Shown here piece by piece: positions 9,786-19,359 of a stretch of 64,000 bases of DNA. Both the position numbers and the translations under genes were made by a program. Numbering within the stretch: the first letter of the stretch is position 1; each line of letters starts with the position of its first letter. The DNA lies in the NCBI GenBank assembly GCA_965230955.1, contig OZ246404.1, positions 161,184 through 225,183 of the forward strand. The letters are read 5' to 3'. The DNA is from an uncultured Candidatus Saccharibacteria bacterium (lineage in GTDB: Bacteria > Patescibacteriota > CALEFQ01). Below the pieces are notes generated by a model that saw only the letters and a list, made by a program, of their open reading frames with translations, was not told the origin of the DNA and made no database searches.

Positions 9786-11018
9786 ATGAAGAAAATAGTT
9801 TTATTGATTATCATTGCCTCGTCTGCTTTTGTGGGGATTTTGGTGTTTTTTCTGTTTTTCCGTTCGGCCGGTACTGTCCCGCCAGCCGGGAGCTCTGTCA
9901 CATCTGCGTCTGATTCTAGTAATCCAGCTTCGGGTCTTAATCGATTCCCGATTGATAGTCAATCCAATACGGCGGGGAGTACTGAGGAAATGCTGGTGGT
10001 GACGACGGAAAGCGCCTTGCGCGATCGTTTTGTCATGAAAAAAATCATAAACACAAAGACGGAGGGAGCGACGCTGTCGGCTGATGGAAACAGAATCCTA
10101 TACTACGATATTTTAGATCCGGTTTTGGCTTCGGTAAATTTTTTAGGAGCCGATCCCAGAGAATTGGCTGATTTGCCGAGTAATGTCGAAGAAATAATTT
10201 GGGCTCCCGATAAAGACAAGATAGTTTATCGTGACGATGCCGCCAATATTACGTATTTTGAAATTGCTGGCAAAAAAGAGAGAAGGCTGAACCCAAATAT
10301 AAAGAGCGTCGTTTTTACTTCCGATAGTCAAAAGATTTGCTACCAATATAGCAATGATAAAAATAGCCAAAAGACTATCAATATCGCGACTCCCGGCTTG
10401 GACCTGACCGATTTCAAAGTATTGGTACGTGGTCTCGGTGATTATCAATTACGATCGATTCCGATGACAACTAAGCTGGCTTATTTTTTAACGCCGAGTC
10501 TTAAACGCAGTTCCATCGCTTATTCTATAAATACTTCTGATGGAAATAGGGAGATTTTAGTGGGCGAGACACTTGGTTTAGACGCACGCTGGTCGCCTGA
10601 TGGGAAAAAGATGGTTTTTACCCAGCTGGTTGAAAATGGACGATTGGCTTTGTTGCTGGCGCCTAGCACGGGGCTAAATCCGTCGGATCTTAAACTGTAT
10701 ACTTACGTAGATAAAACGGCTTGGCATCCAAATGGTTCCGAAGTATATGTTGCCGAGCCGCAGCAGTGGGTTTCGCTTGAGGATTATTACTCCGGCAACG
10801 TCAAAACAAACGATATTCTGTATAAGGTGAATATAAACACTGGTGAAAAAACGGAATTACTGAATCTTTTCAATGTCGTCGGCTCTAAAGTCGATTTCAG
10901 AGATGGATTTTTCACGTCCGATGGAAAGATTCTTTTTTTCACCAACGCGGTTGATCAGTCTGTTTACATGATCGATGTTGAAGATGTTAATTTGACCGCC
11001 GCGGATAATATCAGATAA
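9786..11018 (+). CDS. Membrane-anchored TolB-like beta-propeller protein
   Basis: N-terminal TM; repeated WAPD/FTSD/WSPDGKKMVF/WHPNG blade motifs. Confidence 0.7.
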   Translation: MKKIVLLIIIASSAFVGILVFFLFFRSAGTVPPAGSSVTSASDSSNPASGLNRFPIDSQSNTAGSTEEMLVVTTESALRDRFVMKKIINTKTEGATLSADGNRILYYDILDPVLASVNFLGADPRELADLPSNVEEIIWAPDKDKIVYRDDAANITYFEIAGKKERRLNPNIKSVVFTSDSQKICYQYSNDKNSQKTINIATPGLDLTDFKVLVRGLGDYQLRSIPMTTKLAYFLTPSLKRSSIAYSINTSDGNREILVGETLGLDARWSPDGKKMVFTQLVENGRLALLLAPSTGLNPSDLKLYTYVDKTAWHPNGSEVYVAEPQQWVSLEDYYSGNVKTNDILYKVNINTGEKTELLNLFNVVGSKVDFRDGFFTSDGKILFFTNAVDQSVYMIDVEDVNLTAADNIR

Positions 11019-11020
11019 TT

Positions 11021-12415
11021 ATGCCCAAACCCAAAACAACTTACGAGTGCACTAATTGCGGAGCGCAGTTCCCGGGCTGGCTCGGGCGCTGTACCGAATG
11101 CGGCGCTTGGAATACGGTTGAGGAAACCGCGGTTTTGCCGGAAAAACAAACGGCGACCGGCGCGTCCTATACGCCCAGCCGGCCGAGCCAAATGAGCAAG
11201 ATTGCTAGTGTCGGCTCCGAGGCCATGCTGACCGGGATCGGCGAGTTTGATCATGTTATCGGCGGGGGAATCATTCCCGGCGGAGTGATTTTGATCGGCG
11301 GCGATCCGGGGATCGGGAAATCGACTTTGGTGATGCAGATTTGTGCCGGATTCCTGAAAACCAATACCAGTAAAAAATTGCTCTATGTTTCCGGCGAGGA
11401 ATCGCTCGGCCAGATCAAGATGCGAGCGGATCGTATCGGCATCACCGGCGATTCAATCGAATTTTTGACCGAGACCGGCGTGGAATATATTATTTCGGTC
11501 ATTTCCAAACAAAAGCCCGCGCTGGTGGTGATCGATTCAATTCAGACCATGTATACGAATGAAGCGCCCGGGGGAGCCGGCAGTATTTCGCAGGTGCGGG
11601 GAGCTACCGGAAAACTCATGGAAGTGGCCAAGCGTTTCAATGTCGCGCTGATCTTGATCGGTCATGTGACCAAAGAAGGAGCCGTGGCCGGACCGCGCAC
11701 CTTGGAACATTTGGTTGATACCGTTTTATATCTCGAGGGCGATCGCTATCAGGCTTTCCGGATTTTGCGCGGAGTCAAGAATCGTTTCGGCTCGACCAAT
11801 GAAACCGGCGTGTTTGAAATGCGGGATGAGGGCTTGGTGGAAGTCAAAGATCCTTCGGGAATTTTCTTGCAAGAGCGCCTAACCGATGTTTCCGGCTCGG
11901 TGATCGGCGTGACGGTGGAAGGCAATCGGCCATTTTTGATCGAAGTTCAAGCGTTAACGACTACGACGCCTTTCGGCTATCCCAAACGAACTTCTTCCGG
12001 CATCGATTTTAATCGCTTGTCGCTTTTGATTGCCGTTCTGATGAAACGGGCGGGGCTGAATCTTTCTTCGCAAGACGTCTTTGTTAATATCGTCGGCGGT
12101 TTTCGGATCAAGGAACCGGCGGTTGATTTGGCCGTCTGCCTGGCTGTCGCCTCCGCTTTTCTGGACAAACCGATCGCTCCCCAAACGGTGGTGGTCGGCG
12201 AAGTTGGTTTGGCGGGCGATGTCCGCCCGGTCGCGCTGATGGATCGGCGGGTAATGGAAGCGTCGAAACTCGGTTTCACCACGATTCTGGTGCCAAAAAT
12301 GGCCAATGGCAATCTCAAAGTTCAAAATAACGGCAACAGCAAATTGGTGCCGGTGGCGAATTTGACCGAGGCGATCACGGCCGTGCTGGGACCGGTAAAA
12401 CGGTACCGCAAATAA
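11021..12415 (+). CDS. radA: DNA repair protein RadA/Sms
   Basis: C4 zinc finger (CTNCG..CTECG), GGDPGIGKSTL, KNRFG motif, Lon-like C-terminus. Confidence 0.97.
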   Translation: MPKPKTTYECTNCGAQFPGWLGRCTECGAWNTVEETAVLPEKQTATGASYTPSRPSQMSKIASVGSEAMLTGIGEFDHVIGGGIIPGGVILIGGDPGIGKSTLVMQICAGFLKTNTSKKLLYVSGEESLGQIKMRADRIGITGDSIEFLTETGVEYIISVISKQKPALVVIDSIQTMYTNEAPGGAGSISQVRGATGKLMEVAKRFNVALILIGHVTKEGAVAGPRTLEHLVDTVLYLEGDRYQAFRILRGVKNRFGSTNETGVFEMRDEGLVEVKDPSGIFLQERLTDVSGSVIGVTVEGNRPFLIEVQALTTTTPFGYPKRTSSGIDFNRLSLLIAVLMKRAGLNLSSQDVFVNIVGGFRIKEPAVDLAVCLAVASAFLDKPIAPQTVVVGEVGLAGDVRPVALMDRRVMEASKLGFTTILVPKMANGNLKVQNNGNSKLVPVANLTEAITAVLGPVKRYRK

Positions 12416-12979
12416 ATGGCCCGCCTGCCCCGAAAATTTTACGAACGTTCGACTCTAAAAGTTGCTCCGGAGTTACTGGGGCATTTTTTAGTGAGACAAG
12501 GAACAGGTAACAAGGAACAAGTAACAAAAAGGAAAACGATAATTACGGATGTGGAGGCGTATGTGGGAGAGGGGGATCCGGCTTGCCATGCCAGTCGGGG
12601 ACAGACCGAGCGCAACAAAATTATGTATGGCCGGGCCGGCCACGCTTACGTTTATTTTATTTATGGAATGTATCACTGTTTGAATGTGGTTACGGAGAGG
12701 GAAGGTTTTCCGGCGGCAGTGCTAATACGCGGCGTAAGTAACAAGGAACAGGGAACAAGTAACAAAAGGGAAATATTAAATGGCCCGGGGAAGTTGTGTC
12801 GGGAACTGAGGATAACTAAGGGGCTAAATGGTACTGATTTAGTTATGGGGCAAGAACTGTGGATCGAAAAAAATCCCGAGCGAAATAATTTTTTACGATC
12901 TCGCAAAATCAAAAAAACCCCGCGCGTCGGTATTAGCGCGGGGCGAGATAAATTGTGGCGCTGGGTGATCGAATCGTAG
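12416..12979 (+). CDS. mpg: 3-methyladenine DNA glycosylase (Mpg/AAG family)
   Basis: VEAYVG..DPACH, YVYFIYGMYHCLNVV, AVLIR, NGPGKL, TPRVGI. Confidence 0.93.
   Translation: MARLPRKFYERSTLKVAPELLGHFLVRQGTGNKEQVTKRKTIITDVEAYVGEGDPACHASRGQTERNKIMYGRAGHAYVYFIYGMYHCLNVVTEREGFPAAVLIRGVSNKEQGTSNKREILNGPGKLCRELRITKGLNGTDLVMGQELWIEKNPERNNFLRSRKIKKTPRVGISAGRDKLWRWVIES
12495..12535 (+). repeat. 7-nt periodic repeat arm (GTAACAA/GGAACAA type) inside mpg
   Basis: gacaag gaacagg taacaag gaacaag taacaaa; same unit as intergenic elements at 33746, 35046 and 40532. Confidence 0.75.
12737..12773 (+). repeat. Second 7-nt periodic repeat arm inside mpg
   Basis: agtaacaag gaacagg gaacaag taacaaa agggaaa. Confidence 0.75.
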
Positions 12980-12983
12980 CGAG

Positions 12984-13355
12984 TCAGCCGGCAGGTTCTT
13001 TGGTCTGGCGACGTTTGGCCAGGGCGCAGTCCGCACAGATAGTGGTTGTCGGCGCTTTTAACAGGCGAGTCAGGCCGATGGGTCGGGCGCATTGATGACA
13101 TTGATCATCAAATGTGCCGGTCTGAATTTGATGGATCCTGGCGTAGAGGCGGAGAAGTTTTTGCGACAATCTCGCCAGCTTGGTCCGGTTTGTTTCCTCG
13201 GGGTAAATCGCGATTTCCGTGGTGGCAGCGTTTTGGTCGGCCTCAACCTTCGGTGATAGAGGGGGACGGAGCTGGTTTAGAAGTTCGATCTCGGCGGCGA
13301 GGTCGAACTTTTTATTCCGGAGCACTGCTAACAAGTTTTGCCAATTTCCCTCCAT
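12984..13355 (-). CDS. TraR/DksA C4 zinc-finger protein
   Basis: Coiled coil followed by CHQC..I...RL.KAPTTTICADC; AGGAGG upstream. Confidence 0.75.
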   Translation of the reverse strand: MEGNWQNLLAVLRNKKFDLAAEIELLNQLRPPLSPKVEADQNAATTEIAIYPEETNRTKLARLSQKLLRLYARIHQIQTGTFDDQCHQCARPIGLTRLLKAPTTTICADCALAKRRQTKEPAG

Positions 13356-13427
13356 AAATATCCTCCTTTCTGTCTTCGGTTCTCTTTGATTAGTAGGATC
13401 CTAGCAGTAGGTATAAAAACAGTCAAT

Positions 13428-13458
13428 AAAAAAACAGAGAAGCATGCTTCTCTGTTTT
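13428..13458. terminator. Palindromic hairpin with A/T tracts (intrinsic terminator)
   Basis: aaaacagagaagcatgcttctctgtttt is a perfect palindrome. Confidence 0.6.
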
Positions 13459-13478
13459 GCGTCTGGATGGTCCTCCGT

Positions 13479-13823
13479 CTACATTTCCGGCGAGGTGCGT
13501 CCGCCGGTGTGCCTGGCGAAATTTACGTTCTTTTGATGCCCGATCGAAGGTCTCCCAGTGCCTGTCGGTTTATTCTTGCAGGTTTCGCACAGGCTTGTTC
13601 CACGGTGGACGGTGGTGTTTTTTTTGAGGGTCAGAAATTCTTCCAGTAATTTCGACCCTGTGTCAACACCTTGTTTGTGCCGTTCCGCTGAGCAAAAATC
13701 GCAGATCGTTTGTTGGCGATAACCCAGTTTCCGAATCTCTGCAACCATCTCTTCTTCGCCCATTTGCACCTTTTCTTGCGCACTTTTTTTCGCACTTCCT
13801 TTCGCGCGTACTTCTGATGCCAT
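13479..13823 (-). CDS. Hypothetical basic protein with two CxxC pairs
   Basis: AGGAGG then ATG at 13823; CDFC...CETC; TTGACA-N16-TATTAT upstream. Confidence 0.55.
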   Translation of the reverse strand: MASEVRAKGSAKKSAQEKVQMGEEEMVAEIRKLGYRQQTICDFCSAERHKQGVDTGSKLLEEFLTLKKNTTVHRGTSLCETCKNKPTGTGRPSIGHQKNVNFARHTGGRTSPEM

Positions 13824-13987
13824 CCTATGCCTCCTAGATAGTATGAAATTTTTCCACCCCAGCCCTCCGTACAATGGCTAGATAATAGCAAGTCTATTGG
13901 TTTTGTCAAGCCTCTTTAACAAATGCCGGCTGTGAATAAATGACAAAATAAAACACCCGCCGGAGCAGGTGTTGAACGAAACATTGT

Positions 13988-14314
13988 TTAGATCTCGATT
14001 CCTCGTTTTATGACCAGTTTCACGATTGGATTGTCGCTGATCGCGGACCCGTCCGGAAAGCTGACGGCCTCTTTTATATCTTCCTTGAGAAAATGTGCCA
14101 GAGCAACTCGGGAAATGTCCTGATCCGTGAGATTTCCCGGATTTGCCTGAAACAAACGCGCCATTTCACTTTCCGTAAGACGTCTGGGGCGCGTTCGAGC
14201 CTTGTACACGAGTTCTGCCAACGATGGTTTGGGGGTGCATTTTCTGCCCGATTTCAATGAAGACCTCCTTGGGTTTGGATATACTGCCCTGGGCGGTATA
14301 TCGTGATGAAACAT
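13988..14314 (-). CDS. Hypothetical protein
   Basis: ORF with GAGGG before the ATG at 14314 and TTGACA upstream; hairpin downstream. Confidence 0.45.
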   Translation of the reverse strand: MFHHDIPPRAVYPNPRRSSLKSGRKCTPKPSLAELVYKARTRPRRLTESEMARLFQANPGNLTDQDISRVALAHFLKEDIKEAVSFPDGSAISDNPIVKLVIKRGIEI

Positions 14315-14392
14315 TCCCTCACAGATCAATGGCCAGAGGATACCGAAAAAAATCATAATTGTCAAGGCTAGCTAACAAACTTGATAATTGAA

Positions 14393-16456
14393 CTACTCCC
14401 AATGTATTTTCTTTTGCCAGGCGGCGCTTTTTTCTTTGAGTAGTGGATACTTGTTCAGCCCTTCCGCGATTAGTTGAGCGGCTTCCGCGCGGGCGGATTT
14501 TATCAAGGGCAAGTCGGTCAGGCTGGCCACTTTGAGGTCGGGAAAACCTGATTGTCGGGTGCCGAAGACATCGCCCGGTCCGCGTTGTTGCAAGTCTTGT
14601 TCCGCCAGGGCGAAGCCGTCTCGGCTTTTGACCAGGGTTTCCAGACGTTTTTTCGTATTGTCGGTGTTGGAATCGGTAAAAAGAAAACAATAAGATTGGT
14701 GCGCGCCTCGACCGACGCGTCCGCGGAACTGGTGCAGTTGCGCCAGTCCAAATCGGTCGGCTCCTTCGATGAGCATGACCGTGGCGTTCGGCACGTCGAC
14801 GCCGACTTCGACCACGGCCGTCGCTACCAGAATGTCGGTTTTACCGGCGACGAAATTCTTCATTGCCCGGTTTTTTATTTCCGGTTTTAATTGTCCGTGG
14901 AGTAGGCCGATTTTCAGATCGGGGAAAATTTGCCGGCTTAATTTTTCTTGCTCCCGAGTGGCGGCGTGCGCGCCCAGCTTGTCTGATTCTTCGATCAGGG
15001 GGCAGATGACAAATGCCTGACGTCCGGCTTTTATTTCGCTTCTGATAAAGTCATACGCCCCGGAGCGTTTGGCCGGGGGAACGTAAAATGTCTTGATTAA
15101 CCGGCGTTCTTTGGGCATCTCATTGAGCAGTGAGATATCCAGATCGCCGTAAAGCGTAAGTGACAGGGTGCGGGGGATCGGGGTGGCGGTCATGGAGAGG
15201 AAGTGGGGAATTTGATCGGGAGTTTTGTCGTGGAGTGCCTGGCGTTGTTTGACGCCGAAGCGGTGCTGTTCGTCGACAATTACCAAAGCCAGATCGCGAT
15301 AGTTTACTTTGTCTTGGATGAGTGCGTGAGTGCCGATGATGATATCGATCGCTCCGCGGCTGGCCGAAGTGCGAATCCGCGGGGCGTCGCTGATCTGGCC
15401 GCGCCGGGCGGTTTTCTGATAAGCACCCGTCATCAGGCCGACAGTCACCTCGTATTTGGCGAAAAGTTTGGCCAGTTTCTCGAAATGCTGATAGGCCAAG
15501 ACTTCGGTCGGAGCCATCAATACGCCTTGCTTTTCAGTCCGCGCCACTTCCAGCAGGGCGAGCGCCGCCACGACTGTTTTGCCGGAGCCGACGTCGCCTT
15601 CGAGCAGGCGATTCATCGGCGTCTTTTTCTCGAGATCCTGCAAAATTTCCCAGGCGGAGTTTTTTTGGGCGGTGGTCAGTTCAAAGGGCAGAGAGGCGAC
15701 AAAATTACGAACAAAAGTTTTCTGGAAGGGAATAGCTGGCGCGCTATATTGCTGGAGTTCTTTCTTTTTTTTCAGGGCGATGATTTGGAGCAAAAATAAT
15801 TCGTCAAAGGCCAGGCGTTTTTTGGCCGCTTTTTGACTGGCCAAGGAATCGGGGAAGTGGATTTGCGAGAGAGCTTCGGATAGCGCCGGGAGTTTTTGGC
15901 GTTTTTTTATTTGTTCGGGCAGCCAGTCGTGGAGGCGGGCGGTAAAAGGCAAAACTTGCTTGATCAAAAAACGGAGGAATTTTGAGGTCAGTTTCCCGCT
16001 CAGCGGATAAATCGGGACAATCCGGGCGGCGTGAGTGGTGTCGGCTTTGACCGGCTCGGCGTTCGGGCTGATCAATTGCAATCCGCGGGGGCCGAGCTGG
16101 GTTTTGCCGGTGAAATAATATTCGCGCCCGGGCTCGAGTGATTTCATCAGATAGGGCTGATTAAACCAGACTGCGGGTAGGGAGTTTGCACCGTCGGTGA
16201 TTATACCTTCCGTGATAGTCATTCGGCGGCGATGGGCGCTTTTGTTGGCAATGGTTTGAAGTATCGCCCGCACGGTGACGAGGGAATTCGGCTGGAGCTG
16301 ATTAAGCTTTGTTATTTTTGACAAATCCTGATAGCCGGCGGGCATGTGCCAGAGCAGATCCGTGATAGAGTAAATCCCGAGATTATGAAAATACCGTTCG
16401 GTGGCAGGGCCGACTTTGGGCAGAGTGCTTATGGGATCGGATAATTTAATAGCCAT
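14393..16456 (-). CDS. recG: ATP-dependent DNA helicase RecG
   Basis: RLLEGDVGSGKT, DEQHRFG, MTATPIPRT, QLHQFRGRVGRG, RGPGD. Confidence 0.97.
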   Translation of the reverse strand: MAIKLSDPISTLPKVGPATERYFHNLGIYSITDLLWHMPAGYQDLSKITKLNQLQPNSLVTVRAILQTIANKSAHRRRMTITEGIITDGANSLPAVWFNQPYLMKSLEPGREYYFTGKTQLGPRGLQLISPNAEPVKADTTHAARIVPIYPLSGKLTSKFLRFLIKQVLPFTARLHDWLPEQIKKRQKLPALSEALSQIHFPDSLASQKAAKKRLAFDELFLLQIIALKKKKELQQYSAPAIPFQKTFVRNFVASLPFELTTAQKNSAWEILQDLEKKTPMNRLLEGDVGSGKTVVAALALLEVARTEKQGVLMAPTEVLAYQHFEKLAKLFAKYEVTVGLMTGAYQKTARRGQISDAPRIRTSASRGAIDIIIGTHALIQDKVNYRDLALVIVDEQHRFGVKQRQALHDKTPDQIPHFLSMTATPIPRTLSLTLYGDLDISLLNEMPKERRLIKTFYVPPAKRSGAYDFIRSEIKAGRQAFVICPLIEESDKLGAHAATREQEKLSRQIFPDLKIGLLHGQLKPEIKNRAMKNFVAGKTDILVATAVVEVGVDVPNATVMLIEGADRFGLAQLHQFRGRVGRGAHQSYCFLFTDSNTDNTKKRLETLVKSRDGFALAEQDLQQRGPGDVFGTRQSGFPDLKVASLTDLPLIKSARAEAAQLIAEGLNKYPLLKEKSAAWQKKIHWE

Positions 16457-16561
16457 AATGATAGTTTAGCAGGGGAGAGATAAGACGTAAAATAATAAGA
16501 ACGTGGAATAATAAAAAAATAACCCCTCGAGATGAATCTCGAAGGGTAGATGGTGGGGGGA

Positions 16562-16807
16562 TCATGATGAGGGGTGAGAGCGAAAAACTGCAATTGAGAC
16601 GAAAAACCAAATGACGGCAGCGTAGGGAGAAAAGGAACTCCCCCCGCTTATGGCGACATAGGTCCAGCCGATGGAAGCGATTATGCCCGCGAAAGTCACA
16701 AGTAGTTTTGTATGCACGCTTCGACAGCGGATGAATAGTATCAGTATGCCTAAGCCAAAAGCTGAAAGCCCGAAGGTAATGATATCTTTGAATTCTATCA
16801 TATTCAT
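16562..16807 (-). CDS. Small membrane protein
   Basis: Three hydrophobic segments; AGGAGG SD; TTGACA..TAAACT promoter; hairpin downstream. Confidence 0.6.
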   Translation of the reverse strand: MNMIEFKDIITFGLSAFGLGILILFIRCRSVHTKLLVTFAGIIASIGWTYVAISGGSSFSPYAAVIWFFVSIAVFRSHPSS

Positions 16808-16931
16808 TTTAAACCCTCCTATGGTGTTGTCAGTTTAGCATGATTTTTTTTTGTGTCAAATATGTTGAAAACAAAAAACCGCCCTTTGATTCGCGGGGCC
16901 GTTTTGATATTAGTCTTTTAACTTTAATTTT

Positions 16932-17143
16932 TTTTGGATTTACGATTTTGAATTTTGGGTTTCCACCGCCGCCATTAGGCGGCGTGTGGGCTGGTGACCT
17001 CGGCAGGACTCGAACCTGCGATCTCAAGCTCCGCAAGCTTGCGCTTTATCCAGCTAAGCTACGAGGCCCTACCCCGCCAAGGGCGGGAAAATCCAAAACT
17101 CAAAATCTAAAGTTCAAAGGAAGTTCAAAGCAAAAACATAAAT
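16932..17143. repeat. Inverted 7-nt periodic arms (16932-16964 and 17086-17143) and two short CCGCC/GGCGG hairpins enclosing tRNA-Arg
   Basis: ttttgaattttgggtttcc is roughly the reverse complement of ggaaaatccaaaactcaaaa. Confidence 0.55.
16992..17068 (-). tRNA. tRNA-Arg(GCG)
   Basis: GGCCTCGTAGCTTAGCTGGATAAAGCG CAAGC-TTGCGGA-GCTTG AGATCGCAGGTTCGAGTCCTGCCGAGGTCACCA. Confidence 0.95.
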
Positions 17144-17182
17144 CACTAAATGAGTTTAGCGGATATAATGGGAAATTGCAAG

Positions 17183-17815
17183 CTAGAAGCGGATGCGGCG
17201 GGTAAAATGATCTACGGCGCCTTCTTCTAATTTTTCATCTTCCGGTAATTCTTCTATCAAGACTCTGCGCATTTCCACCGGATCCTGGTCGGTCAGAATG
17301 ATGCTGAGTTTCGGTATCGTCAGGTATTTTGTCCCGATATTTAAAAACTTCAAGTGCGGCGGCTCATAGGTAATCCAGAAACCGCGCAGATCTTCATAAG
17401 GAAAGAATCGATCGTGATACTGTATGCCGCGGTCGGTAATTGCGATATTCATCGTGACGGGCTTTTTTTGAGCGTAGAGGTAGAAAATCGCGCCGGCGAC
17501 AAAAAAAGCGATCCCCATCAAAAAGCTTTTGGAGAAAATCGCGAAGGCGATTAGCGCAGCAAAAATAATCACAACGACCAAATACCAGGTGCGTGATTTT
17601 TCGTAGTAAACGAATTCCGGCGCTTGCCACTTCATGAAAACCTTATCTGGACGGAAGTTTTTCTTGCGCTCGGCTTCCATTTCGCTTATTGTACCTGGCG
17701 TGCTGTTTTCCGGCGGATTGACGTTTGTCCCGGCGGGGATAACGGTTTTGGGGTCGCGCATTACTGCTTTGCGATGAGCGCGCAGTGCTTGTTGTTTTGT
17801 TTCTTCATCATTCAT
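17183..17815 (-). CDS. CPR-type membrane protein (two TM helices and a PH-like domain)
   Basis: WQAPEFVYYEKSRTWY, TM hairpin, then ITDRGI...FFPYEDLRGFWI. Confidence 0.7.
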   Translation of the reverse strand: MNDEETKQQALRAHRKAVMRDPKTVIPAGTNVNPPENSTPGTISEMEAERKKNFRPDKVFMKWQAPEFVYYEKSRTWYLVVVIIFAALIAFAIFSKSFLMGIAFFVAGAIFYLYAQKKPVTMNIAITDRGIQYHDRFFPYEDLRGFWITYEPPHLKFLNIGTKYLTIPKLSIILTDQDPVEMRRVLIEELPEDEKLEEGAVDHFTRRIRF

Positions 17816-17921
17816 ATGAAAAGATTATAGCATACAATTCTGTTTGGCCATAGGCTTGACGTTGTGGTCTTAAAATGCTAGTTTCATTTGACCGGCTAAA
17901 CAATTTGCCAAGGAGGAAGCT

Positions 17922-18470
17922 ATGAAAAAGCCGTTCTATTTGGGTGTTTTTCTGCTTGTGGTGCTGGGAATCGTGGCGATTGCCGCCGAGCCTAAATTGG
18001 AGGTCAAGGGCGAGGTAACGCGGGAATCATACAATAACATGGGACTGGGAGGGGGGATGACTTTACCGGTGGCCTACCATGTCAAAGTCACTGTCAAAAA
18101 TCTCGGGCCGGAATTTTCTTGCGATACCGTTTTGGGGAGATTTGCTCCGATGCGTGGAAAAGAGCTCAATTGCGTGTCCTCCAAAGTTGATCCCAATGAT
18201 CCCGGTGGTGAGAAAACAATCCCCTGGAAGTTTGCGACCGGACAACCATTGGAGTTTGAGTTTTCGACCAATGGTTATACCCAATCATTGCTCAATTTTT
18301 CCGGTAGCGAACCTTTGCAGTTTCATTTACTTCTGGGTTTGCTGGGGGAAAAACAAGCGGTGATGTATACGGCTGATTTGCCGCCATTAAAAGATCTGCC
18401 GATGTACGAACTGACTCTGGTGGGCGAAGCCAAGGCTCTGCCGTTAATTTTACAAAACAAGCCCCGCTGA
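17922..18470 (+). CDS. Secreted hypothetical protein
   Basis: AAGGAGG SD; signal peptide; TTGACG promoter upstream. Confidence 0.7.
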   Translation: MKKPFYLGVFLLVVLGIVAIAAEPKLEVKGEVTRESYNNMGLGGGMTLPVAYHVKVTVKNLGPEFSCDTVLGRFAPMRGKELNCVSSKVDPNDPGGEKTIPWKFATGQPLEFEFSTNGYTQSLLNFSGSEPLQFHLLLGLLGEKQAVMYTADLPPLKDLPMYELTLVGEAKALPLILQNKPR

Positions 18471-18490
18471 GCAGGCGAAATTCAGCAAGC

Positions 18491-18522
18491 AAAAGAGGAT
18501 GAGTAAAATCATCCTCTTTTTT
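18491..18522. terminator. Bidirectional intrinsic terminator
   Basis: aaaagaggatga-gtaaaa-tcatcctctttttt between convergent genes. Confidence 0.7.
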
Positions 18523-18552
18523 CATAGGGACAAGTGAGTGATTTGTTGGCTC

Positions 18553-19020
18553 TCAGTCTGGTTTGGGCACTGGGCCGAGTTGTGCTTGCTTGAGTCGCCG
18601 CAATCTCCTCTTCTGGAGCGAATTGATAAACAGGATAACCAGGAGGCTGGTGATAATGGCGACGATGGCGTAGGGGATAGTGGAATTGTATATCTCGGTT
18701 TGCAGAGCATGGTTTTCGACCATGTTCTTTTTGATAAAAATGTAATCGTCGAGTACCAGTCCGGTGCCGATAGCGGCAACAATCAAATAGAAATCGTGAT
18801 GTTCCTGGTTACCGAAAAGCAAAAGGAGCACGGCGATTATCAACATGATAATTCCATAATCGAAGTGATGCAGTTCGAATCCCAGGAGGACTGGATTGGG
18901 ATTGTAAAATTGGACCGAGAGGCGAACAAAAAGAACCGTCGCCAGCATGATTAGGGAAAAGAATAAAATATGATGGTGGGTTCTGAAATTGCCGATTTTT
19001 TTTAATAGGCCGTCTGCCAT
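18553..19020 (-). CDS. Membrane protein (four TM helices, LHHFDYG motif)
   Basis: Hydrophobicity pattern; ELHHFDYG and GLVLDD. Confidence 0.7.
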   Translation of the reverse strand: MADGLLKKIGNFRTHHHILFFSLIMLATVLFVRLSVQFYNPNPVLLGFELHHFDYGIIMLIIAVLLLLFGNQEHHDFYLIVAAIGTGLVLDDYIFIKKNMVENHALQTEIYNSTIPYAIVAIITSLLVILFINSLQKRRLRRLKQAQLGPVPKPD

Positions 19021-19067
19021 AGGAGAATTGTTTTAAAGTATTGTGTACTGCCGCTATTTTTGAAAAT

Positions 19068-19131
19068 TTGCGTAGAGGGTGAGATTCGCCCGGTCATTCG
19101 GCCGGGCGCCGGGTCGAATGACCCGGCGAAC
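19068..19131 (-). pseudogene. Duplicated 3' end of tRNA-Ser(TGA) with a 40-nt double-hairpin insertion in the T-loop
   Basis: ttgcgtagagggtgagattcg (19/21 match to the adjacent tRNA end), then cccggtcattcggccggg-cg-ccgggtcgaatgacccgg, then cgaac. Confidence 0.8.
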
Positions 19132-19133
19132 CA

Positions 19134-19223
19134 TGGCGGAGAGGGTGAGATTCGAACTCACGAGGCCCCGAAGGACCTGCCGGTTTTCAAGACCGGTGCC
19201 TTAGACCACTCAGCCACCTCTCC
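19134..19223 (-). tRNA. tRNA-Ser(TGA)
   Basis: GGAGAGGTGGCTGAGTGG...CCGGT-CTTGAAA-ACCGG; long variable arm; GTTCGAATC; CCA. Confidence 0.96.
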
Positions 19224-19226
19224 GGG

Positions 19227-19340
19227 AAAATTCAAAAATAAAAGCTAAAAATCTAAAAGAGTACTAAAATCTAAAAATTAAATACTTTAATATTTAGATT
19301 TTAAATTTTTTTTTAAACTTTTAAGCTTTAATTTTTAAAG
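19227..19340. repeat. AT-rich 7-nt periodic inverted-repeat element
   Basis: aaaattc aaaaata aaagcta aaaatct ... tttagattttaaattt...ttttaagctttaattttt. Confidence 0.6.
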
Positions 19341-19359
19341 CTTCGCCTATGGCGGGTCA

